Assembly (NCBI GenBank): GCA_036785375.1
Contig: JAWMAR010000133.1
Span: 2,232,001-2,296,000 of the forward strand
Length of the DNA: 64,000 bases
From: Leucoraja ocellata
Taxonomy: Eukaryota
Reading direction: 5' to 3'
Shown: one piece after another, positions 1 to 13,696 of the stretch
How the letters are laid out: every line of letters begins with the position of its first letter
How positions within the stretch are numbered: the stretch's first letter is position 1
Notes under the pieces: generated by a model
Told to the model about the DNA's origin: nothing
Database searches by the model: none
What the model saw: the letters and a program-made list of their open reading frames with translations, nothing else
Position numbers and translations under genes: made by a program

Positions 1-420
1 AAAACCAAAGTAATAGCCAAGGTAGACCAGGGGGAGGGAGATGCCAAACCACATGCAGAGAAGAGCCAACATTGTAGGGAAGGGAACCTGTGAAACAAGA
101 ACACCAAACAGCATCAACCGGTTACCAAAGGCTTTGCAAAACCTCAACTGAATTTAGAAAGCCAACGGCCCAGTTATGAAGAAGAGCACATTGCGAACTT
201 GAACCTTATGAAGCTACTCTGTGACCTCCTTACTGTAGAGTTTACCAACTCTAATTGGAAGACACTGAACCAGTTTCATTGTTGGGAGATCAGGAACAGC
301 AACAAATGATCATCAAGCAAAACAAGGCCATAAATGAGAATATAGGATGATCCACATCAAAGTATATCTCAGGCCACATTATTATCATGCAATTCAAAGA
401 TTATTATATTCATGTTTTAC

Positions 421-1045
421 AAGTCAAGTTCATTCGTCACATACCCATACGAGATGCGTAGTGAAATGAAAAGTGGCAATGCTTGCGGATCGTGCAAAAA
501 AAACTACAAAATAGAATGGAATTACAGATTTGTGGGAGAAAAAAAAAAGAAGAAACAGCAATTTAAAAAGACACCACACAAGAGTAAATTGGTTCAGTAA
601 GTTAGTCCCTGGTGAGGTAGGAGTTTACAGCCTTAATGGCCTCTGGGAAGAAACTCCTTCTCATCCTCTCCGTTCTCACAGCATGGCAACGGAGGCGTTT
701 GCCTGACCGTAGCAGCTGGAACAGTCCGTTGCTGGGGTGGAAGGGGTCCCCCATGATCTTGTTGGCTCTGGATTTACACCTTCTGATGTATAGGTCCTGC
801 AGGGGGGGGGGGCGAGTGTAGTTCCCATAGTGCGTTCGGCCGAACGCAATACTCTCTGCAGAGCCTTCTTGTCCTGGGCGGAGCAATTCCCAAACCAGAT
901 TGTGATGTTGCTGGACAAGATGCATTCCACAGCCGCTGAGTAGAAGCACTGGAGGATCTTCAGAGACACTCTGAATTTCCTCAATTGCCTGAGGTGGTAA
1001 AGGCGCTGCCTTGCCTTGCTCACGAGTGCGGTAGTGTGTGATGTC
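421..1045 (-). mobile_element. Rex1/Babar LINE 3' fragment
   Basis: KARQRLYHLRQLRKF..FYSAAVE..WFGNC..ALQRV..RTERMRRSFFP (frameshifted), CTTGA-type tail. Confidence 0.85.
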
Positions 1046-1936
1046 TACAGATCGACATTTTACTTGGACTGTAACATTTGGAGTCATAGTGTCATGGGGG
1101 GGGAGGGGGGGAGAAAGAAGCCAGGGTCAATGGCAAACCCGCAAGAATATATAAAGGAGATACAAAGGTGTATACTATTTCTTTGGGACTTTTCACAATG
1201 AAACAGCTGTCCATAAACCCCTCAAAGACTATGCTGGAATACAGCAGATAAATATGACGATCAAACCATATCAATACTTACAGCTCCTGATGAATGTTTC
1301 CCCCAAATAAAACAATTGAGGACAAAACAAAGTCCAAACACAATTCCAGGATAGAGAGTAGCAGTCTGTAGAGAGGGAAACACACGGGTGAGCTATGAGC
1401 AGTCAGGAAAACCATCAGCTTAACAATGCTCAATGTTGCAAGCAATACCATTAAACTCACTTGCTGCTTCACTCAGCTGAGATTAATCCTTTGAGTTCAT
1501 TGACTTATCCCCCAAAGGTCGGTCCTGCAATCACCTTTCCCAGAAGCAGTAATACTACACTAAACACTACCTAGTGTTTAAGAAAGAACTGCAGATGCTG
1601 GAAAATTTGACGGTAGACATAAATGCTGGAGAAACCCGAAAGGGTCTTGACCCGAAACGTCACCTATTCCTTCATCAGTCAGAAGAAGGATCTCGACCCG
1701 AAACGTCACCTATTCCTTTGCTCCATAGATGCTGCCTCACCCGCTGAGTTTCTCCAGCATTTTTGTCTACACACAACGCACCTAGGGTCATTTGAAATCC
1801 AATCCTTAAGCAAGTGCTTCGGAGCCAAGAAATCAAACTGAATAGAAAAGACTAAACATTTTGTTGCAGAACAAAGAGGATAAATTGCACAATTTTCCTT
1901 TTTCCGCTTCACTGACAAGAGTAGCTTTTCCAGTAA

Positions 1937-2243
1937 AGGGCCCGCTGTACGAGGTAATTCAAGAGTTCTCCCGAGTTTCCCCTGATTCGAACTCGGAGAA
2001 ATACGGTAATAGCTGCTCGTAGGTACTCGGGGCTCTCGTGGATATTTTTCAACATATTGAAAAAACTTCACGAGCTCACCGCGTTTCCCGAGTACCTGCC
2101 GTTAGCGTTACGAGCCGCTAAGAGACGTCCCGAGCTCCGACGTACCCGCTACGTACATTCTACGAGTTTTACTTATCACAAGTTTGATTTTTTTTTAAAC
2201 TCGGGAGAGCTCTTGGGTAAACTCGTATAGTGGGACAGGGCCT
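1937..2243. mobile_element. PIF/Harbinger-type MITE
   Basis: AGGGCC..GTGGGACAGGGCCT termini, TAA/TTA flanks; related to 47492-47812. Confidence 0.65.
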
Positions 2244-2759
2244 TTAAGGTTCTGCCAAGTTCTTACACAACACGTTTCATTGAGGTTCTCCTCTCTTTAC
2301 CATCAGGCCAAAGGTATAGAAGTGTGAAAACCACTTGTTCATATTCGGGGACAGTTTTTTCCCCCCCCAGCTGTTATCAGGCAACTGAACCATCTTACCA
2401 ACAACTAGAGAGCTGTGCTGAACCATTATCTACCTTATTGGAGACCCTCGCACTCTTTGATCGGATTTTACTAGCTTTATCATGCACTAAACGTTATTCC
2501 CTTTATCATGTATCTGTACACTGTGGACGGCTCGTCATGTATCGTCTTTCCGCTGACTGGTTAGCACAGAACAAAAGCTTTTCACTGTACCATGGTACAC
2601 GTGACAATAAACTAAACTAATTCTGCATTTATAGATGACTCTATTTTTGTACAATGCACTCCAGTCTGGTGCAATGCCCCCACATCTCCAATACTTAAAA
2701 AAATGCATTAACTGTAACTTTAAAATCAAATTATAATGAATAAATTAATGGGACACTTA

Positions 2760-3060
2760 AGGGCCTGTTTCACTTGCGTGTTTTTTTCGACGACTTTCCG
2801 GCACCCGTCATAGTTGCAGCGCGTGGCCGAAAATGTTGAAAATCCAACGGCGACCAGAAAAAAGTAGGTCTCTTTGGGCGACCACTCATGACCGTACAGG
2901 CGTCACGTGTCGACATGTCGCGGGGTGACGCCTGTATGGTCGTGAGTAGTCGCCCAAAGGGGCGTACCTTTTTCAGGTTGAAAATTTCCAGCCATCTGCT
3001 GCGACTACGACGGGTGCCGGCAAGTTGCCGAGAAAAATCGGGCAACTGGGACAAGGCCCT
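2760..3060. mobile_element. PIF/Harbinger-type MITE
   Basis: AGGGCCTG..AGGCCCT TIRs, TTA TSD. Confidence 0.75.
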
Positions 3061-3517
3061 TTAGGGATTAACAGAAAATGTAGACTCACTTGTGAAATAC
3101 TTTAAAGTATTTTACAGCCACAATTCATACATTAGCCATTAGTGTTCAATTAACGGCAGTTCTCCCAAAACAATTATTTTTTTATTAAACCATTTCCGGC
3201 AAGTTAACACATGCCATTTGATTATCATAATCGAGGTGATAATTTTCTCCTCACATCTCACTTTGCTGCAAACTAGTTGCCCGAAGACTAGTTTCTACTG
3301 CGGCACATTATCAACAAGTTTCACCAATAAAAGTCAAAACCCTGCAATATCTACTACTAATGTTGGATCTATCTTTGAAGTGGACAACAAATTAAAATTA
3401 GACAATGCTAAAAAAATATCCTTGTCATTGGAAATTTTACAGGGGCCAAAGTGTGCCGGAAACAAGGTGAAATGTTTGCAGCGTTGGCTTCACGTAGACA
3501 GGTACAAATGTACGTAC

Positions 3518-3593
3518 GCAGAAAGCACCTTTCCTCCACCGATGGCCTTTCAAAGTTCGATAGAGTCGGCCAGCAAAATAACCGCCAAATAAC
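3518..3593 (-). CDS. TM9SF4: TM9SF4 exon 12
   Basis: 76 nt, cctcag|..|gtacgt; [25 protein letters not shown]. Confidence 0.95.
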
Positions 3594-3841
3594 CTGAGGG
3601 GAAAGGAAGACAGATTTATCTATCGTTCAACTAAATAACTGTAAAACAATCTCCTTAAAGAGATTTAAGCTGAGGGGGGGGAAAGATTTAATAGGAACCT
3701 GAGGGGTAGCATTAAATTTTTTTATGCAAAGGGTGGTGGGTGTAATGGAGCAGGCTGCCGGAGGAGGTAGTTGAGGCAGGTACTATCATAACATTTAAAA
3801 GACATGTGGACAGATCCATGGATAGGAGAGGTTTAGAGGGT

Positions 3842-4115
3842 TTAAGAAGGAACTGCAGATGCTGGAAAACCGAAGGTAGACAAAAGTGCTGGAGAAACTC
3901 AGTGGGTGCAGCAGCATCTATGGAGCGAAGGAAATAGGCAACGTTTTGGGTCGAAACCTAAAGGAAATAGGCAACGTTTTGGGCCGAAACCCAAAGGAAA
4001 TAGGCAACGTTTCGGGTCGAAACCCAAAGGGTTTCGGCCCGAAATGTTGCCTATTTCCTTCGCTCCATAGATGCTGCTGCACCCGCTGAGTTTCTCCAAC
4101 ATTTTTGTCTACCTT
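3842..4115. mobile_element. Penelope-derived foldback element with 33-nt internal repeats
   Basis: Inverted arms, 3+1 units, 13-bp TSD AGGTTTAGAGGGT (3829-3841 and 4116-4128). Confidence 0.8.
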
Positions 4116-4428
4116 AGGTTTAGAGGGTAGGTGGGCCAAGCGCGGGTAGGTGGGCCATGTTGGTCAGAGTGGGCAAGTTGGGTCGAAGGGCACGTTCTGT
4201 GAACCTGCTGCATTCCGCCACACAACAAACATGCCACACATCAACCTCACAGTTCCACCCATGCTGCTGACATTGCATGAGAACATAGGGCAGTGCACCA
4301 TGGAGCAGGCCCTTCAGCTCACAATGTCCATGCCGAACATGATACCAGGTCTTATCTCCTTTGCCTGCATGTGCTCCATTCTCTGCATGTCCATGGGCCT
4401 ATCCAAAAGCCTTATCAATGCTACAATC

Positions 4429-5012
4429 AATAGACAATAGTCAATAGGTGCAGGAGAAGGTCATTCGGCCCTTCGAGCCAGCACCACCATTCAATGTGAT
4501 CAAGGCTGATCATCCATAATCAGTACCCCGTTCCTGCCTTCTCCTCATATCCCCTGACTCCGCTATCTTTAAGAGCCCTATCTAGCTCTCTCTTGAAAGT
4601 GTCCAGAGAGCCGGCTTCCATCGCCCACTGAGGCAGGGAATTCCACAGACTCACAACTCTCTGTGTGAGGAAGTGTTTCCTCGTCTAAAAGGCTTACACT
4701 TATTCTTAAACTGTGGCCCCTGGTTCTAGACTCCCCCAACATCGGGAACATGTCTCCTGCCTCTAACGTGTCCCAACCCTTAATAATCTTATATGTTTCA
4801 ATAAGATCCCCTCTCATCCTTCTAAACTCCAGAGTGTACAAGCCCAGCCGCTCCATTCTCTCAGCATATGACAGTCCTGCCATCCCGGGAATTAACCTGG
4901 TGAACCTACGCTGCACTCCCTCAATAGCAACAATGTCCTTCCACAAATTAGGGGACCAAAACTGCACACAATACTGCAGGTGTGGTCTCACTAGGGCCCT
5001 GTACAACTGCAG
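4429..5012 (-). mobile_element. CR1 (HER1-like) LINE 3' fragment
   Basis: YRALVRPHLQYCVQFWSP..RRMRGDLIETYKI..RTRGH; (CTATTGT)n tail. Confidence 0.9.
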
Positions 5013-5854
5013 ATGTATCTGTCTGCACCACCACTATCTGCCATACCATTCTACCAGCTCCTCCACCCATCCTAACTGCTCCAAGGAAGGGACGCTCCAA
5101 ACAGATACCTGGGAACTGCCTCCCTGAATCACGATGAATGAATTTTCTCACGCCCACTCTGTGCTATGTTGAACACAGACCGGACAATCCAATGGATGAA
5201 TTATATGAAGCGCAAACATCGCGACCCGTTTCAGGAATAAACGGTTTTAAAGCCAGCTTCACATACAGCAACTGGATGTGAAACAACCTTAAGGGCCTTG
5301 TCCCACTTACGCGATTATTTCAGCGACTGCCGGCACCCGTCATTAGTCGCAGCAGGTGGCTGAAAGATTTCAACATGTTGAAAATCCAGAGGCGACCAGA
5401 AAAAGGTACGACTCTTTGGGTGACTACTCACGACCATACAGGCGTCACCCAGCGACATGTCGACACGTGACGCCTGTATGTTCGTGAGTGCAAAGAGCTG
5501 AGTGAACACATCTGCATGACAATCTGCTGTTGTATAAAAACAACAAATGGGGAAAACACTCCTGGATGATCTCAGCGGGTCAGGCAGCCTCTGTGGAGGG
5601 AAATGGACAGATGACGTTTCAGGTGTGACTCTCCTCCTGACTGAAAACTCTTACAAAGGGACCCATCTTGAAATGTTGTCTGTCCATTCCCTCCACAGAT
5701 GCTGCCTGACCCACTGTGTGTTCCTCCAGCACTTCGTTTTGGTTTGCTCAAGATCCCAGCATTGGCAATCACTTGTGTTAACAAGTGAGAAAAAACGCTT
5801 CACCTTCAATGGCCACAAATGAATGAGAAAAAAGTGTCTTTCCAGTTAACGTAC

Positions 5855-5936
5855 CCCATGAACATGAAGAGAAAGCAAGCAGTGGTCATCAGGGCCCCTC
5901 TGCTGGACGGAGACAGCATTCCCAGCATGGCAACAA
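5855..5936 (-). CDS. TM9SF4: TM9SF4 exon 11
   Basis: 82 nt, tttcag|..|gtacgt; [28 protein letters not shown]. Confidence 0.95.
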
Positions 5937-5981
5937 CTGAAAATAAACACATGGCATTTATCTCACAAAACTCATCGTCAC

Positions 5982-6385
5982 TATAGCACATTTAAAAAAC
6001 AACTCTCGTTGGCCAAAGTGCTTTACATTGGTGGAGGTACTAACGTTACACAACAGTGGTTCATAGATTAAGTACATACATAAATACATACATGTAGCCC
6101 TCCCTCAGAGGACGTCAAGAAAGGCTTGAGAGTAAAGATGAGTTTTAAGTCTCGACTTAAAGGAGTCGATGGAGTGGGCAGTTCTGATGGGAAGGGGGAT
6201 GCTGCTGTTCCACAGTCTAGGAGCTGCAACCGCAAAGGCGTGGTCGCCCCTGAGCTTATGCCTAGACCGCGGGATGTTCAGTAACCCCAAGTCGGCCGAT
6301 CTGAGGGACCTGGAGGTGGTGTGGTGGGTAAGCAGACTTTTGATGTAGGTGGGGGCAAGCCCATTGAGGGCTTTGTAGAGCTTCA
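5982..6385 (-). mobile_element. L2 LINE 3' fragment
   Basis: KALNGLAPTYI..RSLRS..AFAVAAPRLWN..FKSRLKTHL plus TGTAAAGCACTTTG..AAATGTGCTATA tail. Confidence 0.85.
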
Positions 6386-6774
6386 CAAATCTCAGAAACA
6401 AGGAACTGCAGATGATGGGTTACAAAAAAGTCACACTGTGCTGGAGTAACACAGTAGTTTAAAGTGAGGAGTCTATGGAGAAGTTCATAAGACATAGGAA
6501 CAGAATTATGCCATTCGGCCCATCAAGTCTGCTCCACCATTTGATCATGGCTGATCTATTTCTCCCTCTCAACCCCATTCTCCTGCCGTCTCCCCGTAGC
6601 CTTTGTCACCTCACTAATCAAGAACCCATCAATCTACTTTAAATACACAGATTCACCACCCTCTAGCTAAAGAGATTCCTCCTCATCTCCATTATAAAGT
6701 ATTTCCTTTCACTCAGAGGCTTTGCCCTCGGGTCCTAAACCTTCCCTCCACTGGGAACATCCCACATCCACGTT

Positions 6775-6968
6775 GAAGGTGAGGACAAGTTCTGCCAGGC
6801 AGAGAGAGGAGAGTGTTGGTACAGAAGAACTGAGTGGATCTCTGATTAAAGGAAGAGATCGGAGGGCCCTGCGACCTTCCTGGTGAGGGATGAAGGTGTA
6901 AAGAGACCGGATGTCCATAGTAGAGATGAGGCAACCTGGGCTGAGGAACGGAAAGTTGTCAAAGCCCA
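6775..6968 (-). mobile_element. Penelope-like reverse transcriptase fragment
   Basis: LISTMDIRSLYTFIPHQEG..LAELVLTFN (PLE RT motif). Confidence 0.75.
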
Positions 6969-7091
6969 AACATCAGCTAACCATGTTCTTTAGAGTTGCT
7001 GCCTGCCCCCTGAGTTACTCCAACATCTTGTGCCTTAAAAAAAAAAAAAAAATCACAGTTGTTTGCACCTCGAAGGATTTGAAATACTCAC

Positions 7092-7224
7092 TGATTACGA
7101 TTAGTATCATGCAGAACAACTGGATACCAGAGCCAAGGAGGGAGCTGAGAATCATAGGGTAGTGTGGTGGCCTGAAGACATCTCCATGGACCAGCTTCCA
7201 ACCTGATTCCTCCATTGTGTCTTC
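7092..7224 (-). CDS. TM9SF4: TM9SF4 exon 10
   Basis: 133 nt, tctcag|..|gtgagt; [44 protein letters not shown]. Confidence 0.96.
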
Positions 7225-8216
7225 CTGAGAACATGATATTTAAAGTCTCTTATTAATAATGGCACTCTGCACATTCACTTAACCCGAAGCAACATTTGAA
7301 TAGAAAGACACAGCGTGGAAACAGGCCCTTTGGTCCACGCTGACCACCATTCACCCGTACACACTAGTTCTATGCTATCCCACTTTTACACTCGCTCCCA
7401 GCACACTAGGGGCACCACTACAGTAGTCAGCTAACCTATAAACCCGCACGACTTTGGGATGTGGGAGGAAACTGGAGCACCCAAAGAAAACCCACGTGGT
7501 CACAGTGAGAACGTGCAAAGTCTATTCACACGGCAACTGGTGTCAGGATTGAACTCGGATCTCTGACACCAAGAGAGACAAGAGACATTTATTTGTCACA
7601 TGTACCAATTAGTACAGTGAAATGTGTGGTCACCATATAGCCATATAAATAAAATAAAGAGCACAGAACACGATAGTCTTTAACACAGACATCCCCACAC
7701 AGCAGAATCAAAGTTTCCCACTGTGAGGGAAGGCACTAAAGTTCATTCCTCCTCCTCCTCAGTTGTCCTCTGAGGCACCAGCTCTACCTGCTACACTACT
7801 GTACCATCCCAAATACAGCATGAAATCAAGTTGGTCCCTGGTATGCCTTCTCCTAAATAAAAAGTAGCCGGTTCAGCATTGCGGACGGCTTGATTCTATT
7901 TGTGTAGAAACCTTTGTTTGACTGGTCAGCACACACACACACACAAAAGATTTTCACTGTACCTCGGCACATGTGACAATAACAAACTGTAATTAACTAA
8001 ACTAAGCACATGACGGAACCCAAAAATAGTGGACAGAAATGGAAAATAACTCATGTCAACGGAAATATATAACCAGTGTGGTGACTTAATTTAAAAAAGT
8101 TAAATCGTGCACAAAACATTGGTAGAAATCCTCAATGAGTCAAACGATGTCCGTTGCGAGGAAATATTGCATCTCAGTTGGGTGACGTTTCACTGACCCA
8201 ATGAGGCATAGTCTTA

Positions 8217-8456
8217 AGGGCCTGTCCCACTTACCCGATTTTTTTTAGTGATGTGCCGGCACCCGTCATAGTCACAGCAGGTGGCCGCAATTTTTCAAAA
8301 TGTTTAAAATCCAGCAGCGACCAGAAAAAATGACGACTCTTTGGGCGACTGCTCACGACCAAACAGGCGTCACCCCGCGGAAATTTTTGTCGACCTGCTG
8401 CGACTATGACGGGTGCCGAAGTTGCCGAAAAAAATCGCGTATGTGGGACAGGCCCT
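8217..8456. mobile_element. PIF/Harbinger-type MITE
   Basis: AGGGCCTGTCCCAC TIRs. Confidence 0.75.
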
Positions 8457-9000
8457 TAGCAATCCCAACAGTATCAGAACCGAGGTCAAGGAAAATTATC
8501 CAAGGAAGAGGCAAACTACAAGCCTTGTGCTTGAATAGAAAATGGGCTGAATGAATTTACTACTGGTTTTGTGTAGGAAGGAACTGCAGATGCTGGTTTA
8601 AACCGAAGATAGTCACAAAATGCTGGAGTAACTCATCGGGACAGGCAGTATCTCTGGAGAGAAGGGATGGGTGACGTTTCGGGTCGTCCCTGAGGAAGGG
8701 TCTCGACGGAAACGTCACCCATTCATTCCTTCCCTCCAGAGGTGCTGCCTGTCCCGCTGAGTTACTCCAGCAGTTTGTGTCTTACTACTTGTTTTGCTCT
8801 TTTTAGCTTTCGGAAGCTTTAACATCATCATGTGCTTGTGCGTAGTGTAGATCTTCGTAGGTGAAAGGTAAAGATTTGAAATGAACATGGCATGTAATAT
8901 TCAAGTTGGTGGCAGCAAGCTATTTGTCTAAGTTGGTTGTTAAAAAAGGTAAGCAAACTAGAAGAATTTCTGCTTCAAAAATGCAGTGCACCATGTGAAA

Positions 9001-9605
9001 GACAATAGACAATAGGTGCAGGAGTAGGCCATTCGGCCCTTCGAGCCAGCACCGCCATTCAATGTGATCATGGCTGATCATCCTTAATCAGTACCCCGTT
9101 CCTGCCTTCTCCCCATATCCCATGACTCCCCTATCTTTACGAGCCTTATCTAGCTCTCTCTTGAAAGCATCCAGAGAACCGGCCTCCACTGCCCTCTGAG
9201 GCAGAGAATTCCACAGACTCACAACTCTCTGTGTAAAGAAGTGTTTCCTCGTTTCCATTCTAAATGGCTTACCCCTTATTCTTAAACTGTGGCCCCTGGT
9301 TCTAGACTCGCCCAAAATTGGGAATATATCTCCTGCCTTTAGCGTGTCCAAACCCTTAATAATCTTATATGTTTCAATAAGATGCCCTCTCATCCTTCTA
9401 AACTCCAGAGTATACAAGCCCAGCCGCTCCATTCTCTCAGCATGTGACAGTCCCGTCATCCCGGGATTTAACCTATGTAAACCTACACTGCACTCCCTCA
9501 ATAGCAAGAATGTCCTTCCTCAAATTAGGGGACCAAATCTGCACACAATACTCCAGGTGTGGTCTCACTAGGGCCCTGTACAACTGCAGAAGGACCTCTT
9601 TGCTC
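9001..9605 (-). mobile_element. CR1 LINE 3' fragment
   Basis: Same ORF2 C-terminus and microsatellite tail. Confidence 0.9.
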
Positions 9606-9746
9606 TTTTGTATGCAAGGCCACTTTATCAAGAATGCAATAAGCAACCTGTAAGTTTAAACCTATATCAAGGCAAGACAAGAATTTACAAAATTAAACTC
9701 ATATTCCCATCATATTCTACTTAACATCACTGGACAAAATACATAC

Positions 9747-9817
9747 AATGTCATCCTCTCTGTTATAGTTCGCTATGTCCTTCCTGAGGGTTCGAATGAT
9801 GATCATGCTAAGGATTC
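9747..9817 (-). CDS. TM9SF4: TM9SF4 exon 9
   Basis: 71 nt, cctcag|..|gtatgt; [24 protein letters not shown]. Confidence 0.95.
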
Positions 9818-10285
9818 CTGAGGAAAGAAGAAAGTGTTATAACACAGACTTTATGGAAGTGTAATGCATCTTTAAAAAGCAAATATACCAGGCTCCAAAC
9901 ATAAAGTAGACAGTGCAGGCTCTAACAATTATTCTAGAACGCTCTTCGGAGATAGACAAGTTGTGGTACAATTACAGGAGGAATATGTAGACCGTGACTA
10001 CAGGGCAGTCTTGAGGTCTGTTAAGGGACAGATTGTCATGTGTGAAAAATATCCTAGATTTTAGAGAATTTGGGGATTGGTCATGAAGGTTGCCATGTTT
10101 AATATGGTCTATGTGGACTTAAGCAAGGGGCGCAATGGAGCGGATTGTTTGAGAAAGAATTGGCCTTTGGGATTCAAGGAAAAACTGGATTAAGCGTGGC
10201 TCAGTGGGAGCAAGCAACGGTTAAATGTCCAGAGACTTAGGTGCAGCGTTGCCAATATCACCAACATTAGCACGTTTGAGAGTAA

Positions 10286-10581
10286 TGGGCCTGTCCCACT
10301 TAGGCGATTTTTTAGGCAACTACAGGCGCCACATGTCCGTCGGTGGTCGTCGGGAGTCGTCTCCTCAGTCGTAGCATCTTTCTGGTCGCTGCTAAATTGT
10401 CAACATGTCAACACGATGGTGGGTTTGACACCAATGAGTGTGTCTTGACTTCTCCTGACGTAGGGGCTGTTGTAGGTTGCCGCCAGGGTGACGTAGGTTG
10501 TCGCCGGTTTTTCGGCAACCTCCTACGACTAAGACAGTCGCCGGCAGTTGCCTAAAACAATTGCCAAGTGGGACAGGCCCA
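10286..10581. mobile_element. PIF/Harbinger-type MITE
   Basis: TGGGCCTGTCCCACTT TIRs, TAA/TTA flanks. Confidence 0.75.
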
Positions 10582-11441
10582 TTAGCAAGTAGGGGTGCAG
10601 GGAGATAGCAACGGGTTGGGTATATTCCACAAGTCAAGTGTCCAGAGCCAAGTGTGTTTAATTGTCAAACAAAGCAGGAATAGCACAATGAAATTGTAAC
10701 TTGCTGCAGCTGTTAAAGGACCATTAACGTAATAATGAAACAGACAAGTGTACAATAATCAATCATCTAATAAATTAATCATCAGTAATATGAGGCAATC
10801 AGATGACAATAGTGCAAACAAACTGACACAGCACAACCAAAAGCAAGTCCACAGAAGATTGTTGCTGGCGTAGGGCTGTGGTCCGTGTGGTGCAGGCTGG
10901 TTCATGAGCCTGGTGGTTGCAGAAAATAAGCTGTGCTTGGACTTAGAGGTCAGGGAAGTGCGGGAAGAACTCAATCCATACCGGTCGGTGTGAGGTAGAG
11001 CAAGGCAAAGGAATACAAGATCAATGGTACCCGACTAGGTGCAGAGGAACCAAGATAACTTGCATGCGCATCCAGGATTTCATGAACGCAGCAAGATAGA
11101 GAGATGGCCGGCTGGAGTCAGATTATAATCAGAACGAATCATGCAACAGCAACACAAAACACCCACCGGCCATTGCCAGAAAGCTGCAAGGAATCCTGGT
11201 CATTGTACATGATAGAAGGATATGATGAAACTGATGGAATGCAGAGCTAATTTGTGAATAATGTTGCCAGAACAAAAGGACTGTAATTACGAGGGAGACC
11301 GATTGGATTGGTGTGCATTGGTTCGCTACAAAGGTGACTGACGGGATATTGACAATTACGGAGCTCAGAGAGGGTGAACAAGCAGGATCAGTTTTCATTG
11401 ACGGTGAGATCAATAACTATTGGACATCGGCATCAGTTAAA

Positions 11442-12140
11442 TTGCAGAATAATTGGAGTGCTGAAAGTAAGCATGCAGGTACAGCAGGCAGTGGAGAAAG
11501 CAAATGGCATGTTGGCCTTCATAACAAGAGTAGTCGAGTATAGGAGCAAAGAGGTCCTTCTGCAGTTGAACAGGGCCCTGGTGACACCACACCTGGAGTA
11601 TTGTGTACAGTTTGGTCCCCTAATTTGAGGAGGGATATTCTTGCTATTGAGGGAGTGCAGCGTAGGTTTACCAGGTTAATTCCCGGGATGGCGGGACTGT
11701 CATATGTTGAGAGAATGGAGCGGCTGGGTTTGTATACACTGGAGTTTAAAAGGATGAGAGGGTATCTTATTGAAACATCTAAGATTATTAAGGGATTGGA
11801 CAGGCTAGAGGCAGGAAACATGTTCCCAATGATGGGGGAGTCCAGAACCAGGGGCCACAGTTTAAGAATAAGGGGTAGGCCATTTAGAACGTAAATGAGG
11901 AAAAACATTTTCACCCAGAGAGTTGTGAATGTGGAATTCTCTGCTTCAGAAGGCAGTGGAGGCCAATTCTCTGGATGCTTTCAAGAGCGAGTTAGATAGA
12001 GCTCTTAAAGATAACAGAGTCAAGGGATATGGGGAGAAGGCAGGAATGGGGTACTGATTGGGGTTGATCAGGCATGATCACAGTGAATGGGAGTGCTGGC
12101 TTGAAGGGCTGAATGGCCTACCCCTGCACCTATTGTCTAT
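11442..12140 (+). mobile_element. CR1 LINE 3' fragment
   Basis: VQQAVEKANGMLAFI..PHLEYCVQF..RTRGHSLRI; CTATTGTCTAT tail. Confidence 0.9.
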
Positions 12141-13617
12141 AGTTCAAAAGATTATATTCTCTAAGAAAGATTAGTGGAGGATTTAGTACAGTACAACAGG
12201 CCCTTCAGCCCACACTATCAGTGCCAAACATGACATTACGTTACGTTAAACCAATCTCCCCTGCCTGCATATGATCCATATCTCTCCATTCTATGACTTC
12301 CTTCTGTGATGTAAATATTCTTGGTCGCACTTAATGATTTTAGAGTTTGAAACTGATCATCTAAAAAATGTTAGAAATTGCTTATCGAGTCAAGTAGTGT
12401 GGAAACGGGCCCTTGGGGCATAGCATGCCACCGCTGACCAATATGCCCCATCTACACTAGTCCCACCTGCCTGTGTTTGACCCATTATCTCCAGCTTGGT
12501 TTTTGCTCATTTTCTTCAGGCATTTAGAGTCAACTGCAAGCACATTAGTAAACAGCAGCATTTCAGATTCAGATTCAAATTCAATCTTTATTGTCATTGT
12601 GCAGTGTACAGTACAGAGACAACGAAATGCAGTTAGCATCTCACCCAGAAGAGCGAACATAGAATAATGAGCAATAAATATATATACGTACATACAGTAG
12701 TAGAGCAATTTTTCTGGGGGACCAGACATGTTCACAGACCAACATTTCCTGTGCAAACAGGTCACTGCGATTTGGACTGTGTATATTAAACCACTTTCAA
12801 TGGGTGCTAACACTGATGTTTGTAAAGTCGTGGAGAGGGTAGATAGTTATGCTACTTCTACTGGAGCTAAATGGGGAGGCACACACAGTGTACTGCGTGG
12901 CGCTGCCTTTGAAATGGCTGCTGTGGGAGTATGTGGTCGGTTACATTTGCTGCCACCTGACCTGAGCTGACCCGAGCACTGTTGGTGCTGGAGCTTTTTC
13001 ACAGAGTACATTGTGTTAATTGAAATTCATCATGGCAGACGGCCAGTCTTGGCACCAGAATGTTCCTCGGAAAAGCCTTGAAGAGCAGACGGGTTAGTCG
13101 GGACAGAACACACTTCTAAACTCACATGGACGAGTTAATCGGAAATATTCCAGAAGAGAGAGTCCGACTGTAGTCTCAGTGCAGTAAAGCCCAGATAATC
13201 CTGCATGCGGGGAACTTTGGTCGTGCCCGACCAGCAGCTACTCCGGTCTACTGGATATTATTCATCCTAATCCCCCAATACACTTTTAATTCAATTTCAG
13301 AGGTTATGCAGTAGAACGCTAAATCTTCCAGTGAATCTAATAAGGTTAAAAAGGGCATAGGACCCAGGGAGCCCTGGTGAGTGGGAGCAGAAAGTAACAA
13401 ACATCACTCAGTGAACCAGACGATGAAACATTAGAATTTCCAAATGGTCTGATCGTGGATTATCAGTCTTACTGCACTTCAGTAAGAAATGTAATACCTG
13501 ACTGCATCCTTTCTAGCTTAAGAAATTGCGTTTTCACAATAGCAGGCTGCACATTTTATTTAATTCAGCAGAAGACACTTGTGGTACAGTCAACTGACAC
13601 ACTAAGATATTCGTGCA

Positions 13618-13682
13618 TAAACATTGTCATCAAACCCGCTGACAAGGGAGGTGTCGTGGTAGTCTGGCAATCTGACCTCTGG
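13618..13682 (+). mobile_element. Penelope-like N-terminal motif fragment
   Basis: NIVIKPADKGGVVVVW (PLE DKG motif). Confidence 0.7.
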
Positions 13683-13696
13683 ACTTCTTCTTTCAT

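Noticed and set aside
3886-4139. Recurrent small ORFs (MLEKLSGCSSIYGAKEIGN..)
   Set aside because: Translations of a non-coding palindromic repeat, seen on both strands at many copies
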